A DNA stretch of 64,000 bases from Candidatus Latescibacterota bacterium (GTDB lineage: Bacteria > Latescibacterota > UBA2968 > UBA8231). The notes under the pieces were generated by a model, which saw only the letters and a program-made list of their open reading frames with translations, ran no database searches and was not told the DNA's origin. This document shows, in pieces, positions 59,566 through 64,000 of the stretch (its first letter is position 1; every line of letters starts with the position of its first letter). The stretch is from assembly GCA_965197905.1 (NCBI GenBank), contig CBDAOB010000005.1, positions 608,001-672,000 on the forward strand. Direction: 5' to 3'. The translations under genes were made by a program, and so were the position numbers.

Positions 59566-60108
59566 CTAATCCGCTATGGTGTTGGCCCCCCACGCAGCCG
59601 ATCGCGCCGCCATCGTACCCGGGCCGCAAGCCGAGGCCGACGAGGCGACCCTGTAACGGCCGACATACCGGGCAGGGTCAGACGTCCACCTATCGCCGCT
59701 CCTGGGCCACACTACTGGCACGGGTCTTCCGCATCGATGTGACGCGCTGCCCGGACTGTGGTGGTCGTATGAAGATCATCGCCGCTCTCACCGACCCAAG
59801 TTCGATCCGCCGCTGTCTGCAAGGCATGGGCTTACCGGCGCGGGCGCCGCCGATCGCACCCTCGCGCCCAGATCCCCAACCGCAATTCGACTACGCCTGA
59901 TCCTCTGCGGGTGAAGTGTGTCTACCCTCTTGAGCGGCTGCTTAAAGCGGCGTTCAAGTGCCCAAAATAGATCCGCAATAGCGCTTCGCGGCCGTTTCCC
60001 ATGGCCAGCCGACCATACGTTGCAAATGTCCCGAAAAACCCCCACCAGAGCGGCACGGACCCTCGGCGCAACTATCGATAACGGTCTTTATTTGTCCTAT
60101 ACTTTGGC
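59566..60108 (+). mobile_element. IS91/ISCR-family rolling-circle element 3' remnant (transposase C-terminus plus oriIS-like end), copy 1
   Basis: Frameshifted LIRY/VLAPHAADRAAIVPG, then WATLLARVFRIDVTRCPDCGGRMKIIA; about 200 bp after the stop lies TTTATTTGTCCTATAC, resembling the IS91/ISCR oriIS (TT..A.TTCCTATAC). Confidence 0.78.
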
Positions 60109-60276
60109 GGTTCCTGGCGGAAGATGTCGACCGATGGCTGATGCAGCGCGCGGAGCCGGTTGAGTACTTGCCACGCCTGCACGACGCGAAGGCTCGATAG
60201 GTCAACCGAGGTAAAACTTCCAATTCGCGTTCATGGGGCCTGGGTGAAACCGGAACTCAGATGATCAGAACGACAA

Positions 60277-60349
60277 GAGCCGTATGACGGGAGACTGTCA
60301 CGTACGGATCCGTGGGAGCCTGGGGTGCGATTCCCCCGGGCTACCCGAC
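60277..60349 (+). ncRNA. Group II intron 3' remnant (domains V and VI)
   Basis: 34-nt DV GAGCCGTATGACGG-GAGA-CTGTCACGTACGGATC with AGC triad, GNRA loop and bulge, then a DVI hairpin with bulged A ending in AC; no RT ORF nearby. Confidence 0.88.
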
Positions 60350-60467
60350 CCGGCCACCAGCAACTCTGTTCCGGGATCGGGTCGAGAGGCGGCTTACCCA
60401 CCGTGGCGAGGATGAGCAGCTACGGGATCGGGGTCGAGAGAGATCGTGAACTGACAGAGACCCAATC

Positions 60468-61724
60468 ATGACGCTGCATTCCTCAACGGCGAATCGTCAG
60501 CTGACGTCGGTGCTCTTTCTTGTCGTGGGTGCCTTGCTTTGCACTTTTCTCGTTGCCCCAGGGCTTTGGTTAGATCACCCCTTTTTCGGCACCATGCCCC
60601 TCGCCGATGGCCTGCCACGGCTCGTTCCACCCGCCGATTACGTTCTGCTTGCCAGTTTAGTTCTATTGCTGATCCCGATATTGCTGGCAGGCGAACGCAG
60701 ACGTCGGCGCTGGATTCTGCTCTGGTGTGGCCTTTGCGCCGCTCGTTGTATTTGGGATCGAATCACGTGGCAACCATATATCTACCAGTATTTCTTTATG
60801 CTGTTAACGATTGCTTGGGCAAGTTCAGCGGGGCCACGCAGCACGGAGCCTAGGAAACAATTCCGTTCGAAGGCCAAGGAAGCGGAACAGAAACGCGCCC
60901 TGGTCGCGCTAAACATTTTGCGGCTGATCGTCCTTAGCGTTTACTTCTGGTCAGGCGTGTCCAAAGTCAACGCCGGATTTCTCGAAACAGCGATGCCTCA
61001 GTTGTTAGAACATCTCCTGCCAGCAGGTGTCTTTGACATTATTCGGCACTTCGTCGTCGCGATTCCGATCATCGAAATCCTGATTGCGGTCGGACTACTC
61101 GTCGGCCGTTTTCGCACCTTGTCCGTTCTCGGCGCCTTGGCAATGCACGTCAGCATCTTGCTGATGATCGGACCGTTGGAACTGGACTACAACCGAGTTG
61201 TATGGCCGTGGAATGTTGCCATGATGATTTGGGTTGCGCTCCTTTTCTGGAAGCAACGAATGGTCTCGAGCGCCGATATCCTGGGGTGGAGAGCCCCGCT
61301 GTTTCAATGGTGTATCTTGTTTTTCTGCACGGTGTGTCCAGGCCTGGCGTTTATCGGCTTGTGGCATCCTCATTTATCCTTCCGACTCTATTCAGGTTCG
61401 GAGAGCTTGGCGGTTGTCTTATTGTCTCAAGAGGGCATTGATCAACTACCTGAGGCCACCAGAGCGGAGGTCACTCTGGATCCTCGCGAGGAGTACGCGG
61501 GGTACCTGGCCCTCCCGCATTGGTCGGATAAGGAATTGGGCGCACTCGTGCCTTCCGACCCTCGAATCTATCGACGCGTGGGCCGCCGATTGTGCGACGT
61601 GGTAACACCGCCGAACGAGATGGTTCTCGAGATGCGCAGCCCGCCCCATTGGTGGACGGGCGAGATAATTACCGAACGGCTAGCGTGTCGCGATCTTCGT
61701 GCGCATCCGATTCCCGAACCGTAA
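60468..61724 (+). CDS. Polytopic membrane protein, HTTM/MauE-DoxX-like
   Basis: Many TM segments; DR..WQPY.YQY, VYFWSG.SK.N, E...A.GL, AMH..I, VWPWN motifs. Confidence 0.7.
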   Translation: MTLHSSTANRQLTSVLFLVVGALLCTFLVAPGLWLDHPFFGTMPLADGLPRLVPPADYVLLASLVLLLIPILLAGERRRRRWILLWCGLCAARCIWDRITWQPYIYQYFFMLLTIAWASSAGPRSTEPRKQFRSKAKEAEQKRALVALNILRLIVLSVYFWSGVSKVNAGFLETAMPQLLEHLLPAGVFDIIRHFVVAIPIIEILIAVGLLVGRFRTLSVLGALAMHVSILLMIGPLELDYNRVVWPWNVAMMIWVALLFWKQRMVSSADILGWRAPLFQWCILFFCTVCPGLAFIGLWHPHLSFRLYSGSESLAVVLLSQEGIDQLPEATRAEVTLDPREEYAGYLALPHWSDKELGALVPSDPRIYRRVGRRLCDVVTPPNEMVLEMRSPPHWWTGEIITERLACRDLRAHPIPEP

Positions 61725-62147
61725 ATGGCCGAAACAAGGTCAGCGAAACAAGGACGTTCCGGTGCTGGACGACAGGGAGCCTCTCACAACGACGGTGGAC
61801 GAAGGCGCGGTGGCTGAGAGTGCAGCGGTCCGCTGCTTGATCGAAGGTGAGAGAGCTGCTAGTGCAATGCATCAGCTTGATGGGGCGTTATCCGACGAGC
61901 GTCGAAACAGCCAAATGACAGGGTCTACTCTCACCTTGCTCGACCTTCGAGCCTGATTTGGCCCACTCTCATATGGCAGCGATTTCGGACGCACCACACT
62001 AGAGTCCACGGCTCCTAGCTCCTCGCCCAAAATCGTCCCTACAGCTATCCGGCACAAACGTCCCCTGAGCCTTCATCAGCAAAGCTCTGACGCCAGCGTC
62101 TTGAAACAGGACCGGCCGGCCGGCTCCGTAGGCCTCCATTTACCAAA

Positions 62148-62506
62148 TGTCCGGACTGCGGCGGCCCGATGAGGATCATCGCTGCCCTCACCGGCCCACG
62201 TTCGATCCGCCGCTGTCTGCAAGGCATGGGCTTACCGGCGCGGGCGCCGCCGATCGCACCCTCGCGCCCAGATCCCCAACCGCAATTCGACTACGCCTGA
62301 TTTGTAGTGCACAGGTGAAGTGTACCTGCGCCGCCGTGAACCCAACATCTACAGCCCGCCAGGAACCGGAATCCACGCCACACTAGGCGCCGCGCCGCTT
62401 CGGCCGCGTCGCGAGCCGCGAAACGACCCGATACATCGCTCAGTTCACACCCCCGCTGGCTTGCCGAGACTACCGATAATGAGGTTTATTCTTCCTGTAC
62501 TTTGGC
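62148..62506 (+). mobile_element. IS91/ISCR-family 3' remnant with oriIS-like end, copy 2
   Basis: CPDCGGPMRIIAALTGPRSIRRCLQGMGLPARAPP...FDYA*; 102 bp identical to copy 1; end motif TTTATTCTTCCTGTAC about 200 bp after the stop. Confidence 0.78.
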
Positions 62507-62683
62507 ACGGCGTTCGGATTCTAGCATGGCTAACGATCCTTCGACATGCGTGCTTCGTCCCGCACACCGGATCCCCGTCCCGGCGGAGCTGCGAAACTGC
62601 GCGACAACGTTTGTAGATAAGAAACCGAAGGGGTTCAGAATGTATCATTCTTCCCATTCGACGCGCGCGTCAGGAGACATGTC

Positions 62684-63088
62684 ATGATCATCGGCCTGTG
62701 GAATTATGCTGTGAAAGCTGCGGATCTCGAGAGCACCACCGCGTTCTACATCAAGCATATGGGCGCCGAACTGCGGATGCAAGGCGAGGTCTTTGGCTGT
62801 CAGTACAACTTCGTTCGACTGGGTGATACGCGCGTGCTCATCTTTGACCGAGCGCCTTATGAAGAGCAGCATGGCATGAACTTGCCACCCGGCTTTCTCC
62901 ATGTGGTCTACGAGGTGGATGACCACGAGAAACATGTGCAAATGCTCAGGGAAGGAGGGGTGCGTTTCTTGATGGAGCCCCAGGAGATCGAAACTGAGAT
63001 CGGTAAGCGCAAGATTGCCTTCTTTGAAGATCCCAATGGCATCCGGACAGAGGTCATGCAGATCATCGAAGATTGGTCAGACGTGTGA
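62684..63088 (+). CDS. VOC/glyoxalase family protein
   Basis: DLE....FY, GFLHVVYEVDD, AFFEDPNG.RTE. Confidence 0.9.
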   Translation: MIIGLWNYAVKAADLESTTAFYIKHMGAELRMQGEVFGCQYNFVRLGDTRVLIFDRAPYEEQHGMNLPPGFLHVVYEVDDHEKHVQMLREGGVRFLMEPQEIETEIGKRKIAFFEDPNGIRTEVMQIIEDWSDV

Positions 63089-63299
63089 GGAAGGCAGGGT
63101 GTCGAGTGGCGGGGGTCGAGTGGCGGAGTGGGAGGGCGCAGTCGAAGATGCCCTAGGTGCTCCTGTAGCTTTTTCCTGTTTCTCAGCGCGGGTGCCACAC
63201 AGCATCCCAAAGGGTGCTGTGTGCTTGTGACCGATGGGAACACATCACAGACCTGCACACACGAGCCGACGCATCGTGACCCGATACATCGCCCTCCCG

Positions 63300-63597
63300 T
63301 TAAACCTTTTCAGACGAAGCCACCCAGCGGGCACCGCGCTGCACGACCTCCTGGAAGCTCGGATTCTGTAGCACCGCCATGTCATGACCGAGGGTGAAAT
63401 AGAAAACGCGTCCCCGACCATAGGTATGGGTAAATCCCATCACGTGCGCCGCCGGCGAAGATCTCATAGTCCTGCGAAAAACGCGCTTCCATCCCATTGG
63501 CGCCGGATAACAACTCCGAGAGAAACTTGCCATGACTCACGTGGTCGTGGTAGATGCCCTCTGTGCCAACGAATACCAGGACCTTTGTTGTTTCCAT
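63300..63597 (-). pseudogene. ThuA-like domain gene with large internal deletion and frameshift
   Basis: N-terminus KVLVFVG...YHDH joined out of frame at ~63450 to C-terminus YGRGRVFYFTLGHD...FQ....RGARW; only about 99 codons remain. Confidence 0.72.
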
Positions 63598-63708
63598 GAG
63601 TTTCGAATCCGGCAGCACGAAGTTGCGGTAGCTCATCGAGTTCAGGTAGCGGCGCGAATGACGAAATACCCAATGACGAATGAATGTCGAAATCGAAGAT
63701 CCGCGTTG

Positions 63709-64000
63709 TCAATACGAATTGGCTAACGAAGGACGCGCGGTAAATGCCAGTATCCGCTCGACGACAGCGCCGGCCGCGAGCAGCGCTTGATCGTGCATAC
63801 GGCGGCCAACGAGTTGCAGTCCGAGCGGCAGGCCGTGTGCATCCAAATTCATGGGCAACGTCAGTGTGGGGCATCCCACGTACGTCCAGGGTAAGTTCAT
63901 GCGCGGCTCTCCCGTGCTGTCCAAACCACGCGGCGCAGAACCGACGGCCGATGGCGTGAGAAGCACGTCGTAAGTATCAAACAGTTTGTCGATTTCTTCG
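63709..64000 (-). CDS. Amidase signature family protein, C-terminal part (5' end outside the window)
   Basis: YDVLLTPSA...AP, NLPWT..GCP.LTLP, GLPLGLQLVG...D..LL. Confidence 0.88.
   Translation of the reverse strand, partial: EEIDKLFDTYDVLLTPSAVGSAPRGLDSTGEPRMNLPWTYVGCPTLTLPMNLDAHGLPLGLQLVGRRMHDQALLAAGAVVERILAFTARPSLANSY

Noticed and set aside
59520..59900. Intact 126-aa transposase gene
   Set aside because: Only the C-terminal part matches an IS91-type transposase; the catalytic HUH region is absent and the remnant is frameshifted.
61725..62147. Gene or intron 5' domain in the gap before IS copy 2
   Set aside because: The short ORFs have no motifs; a minus-strand GTGCG is in the wrong orientation and position relative to the DV-DVI remnant.

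Overview
A GC-rich bacterial chromosomal segment, densely coding, with about 47 CDS or CDS remnants and no rRNA, tRNA or CRISPR array that I can support. The gene repertoire (4 PhyH dioxygenases, 3 Gfo/Idh/MocA, 3 tandem DUF6785/DUF6784-like membrane proteins, 2 GH32/43-like propeller proteins, an LRR protein with an NYPNPFNPST FlgD-Ig/CTD-like domain) resembles Ca. Latescibacterota/Poribacteria-type heterotrophs; this taxonomy is inference only. Most notable items: (1) a secreted YceI protein with a 50-aa, 14-Cys Cys-Gly-Asp tail; (2) a dimethylformamidase-like enzyme followed by three paralogous ~650-aa polytopic membrane proteins; (3) a GGT translationally coupled to an octaheme cytochrome c and followed by a His-rich membrane protein; (4) an apparently circularly permuted TrxR-like flavoprotein fused to a NapH/MauN-type membrane ferredoxin, next to SCO; (5) two IS91/ISCR-like 3' remnants with oriIS-like ends, spaced 2400 bp apart, enclosing a group II intron DV-DVI remnant and an HTTM-like gene. 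Seven single-base frameshifts in six genes, mostly in homopolymer runs, suggest long-read indel error or early gene decay. All family names come from motif recognition, not database searches.
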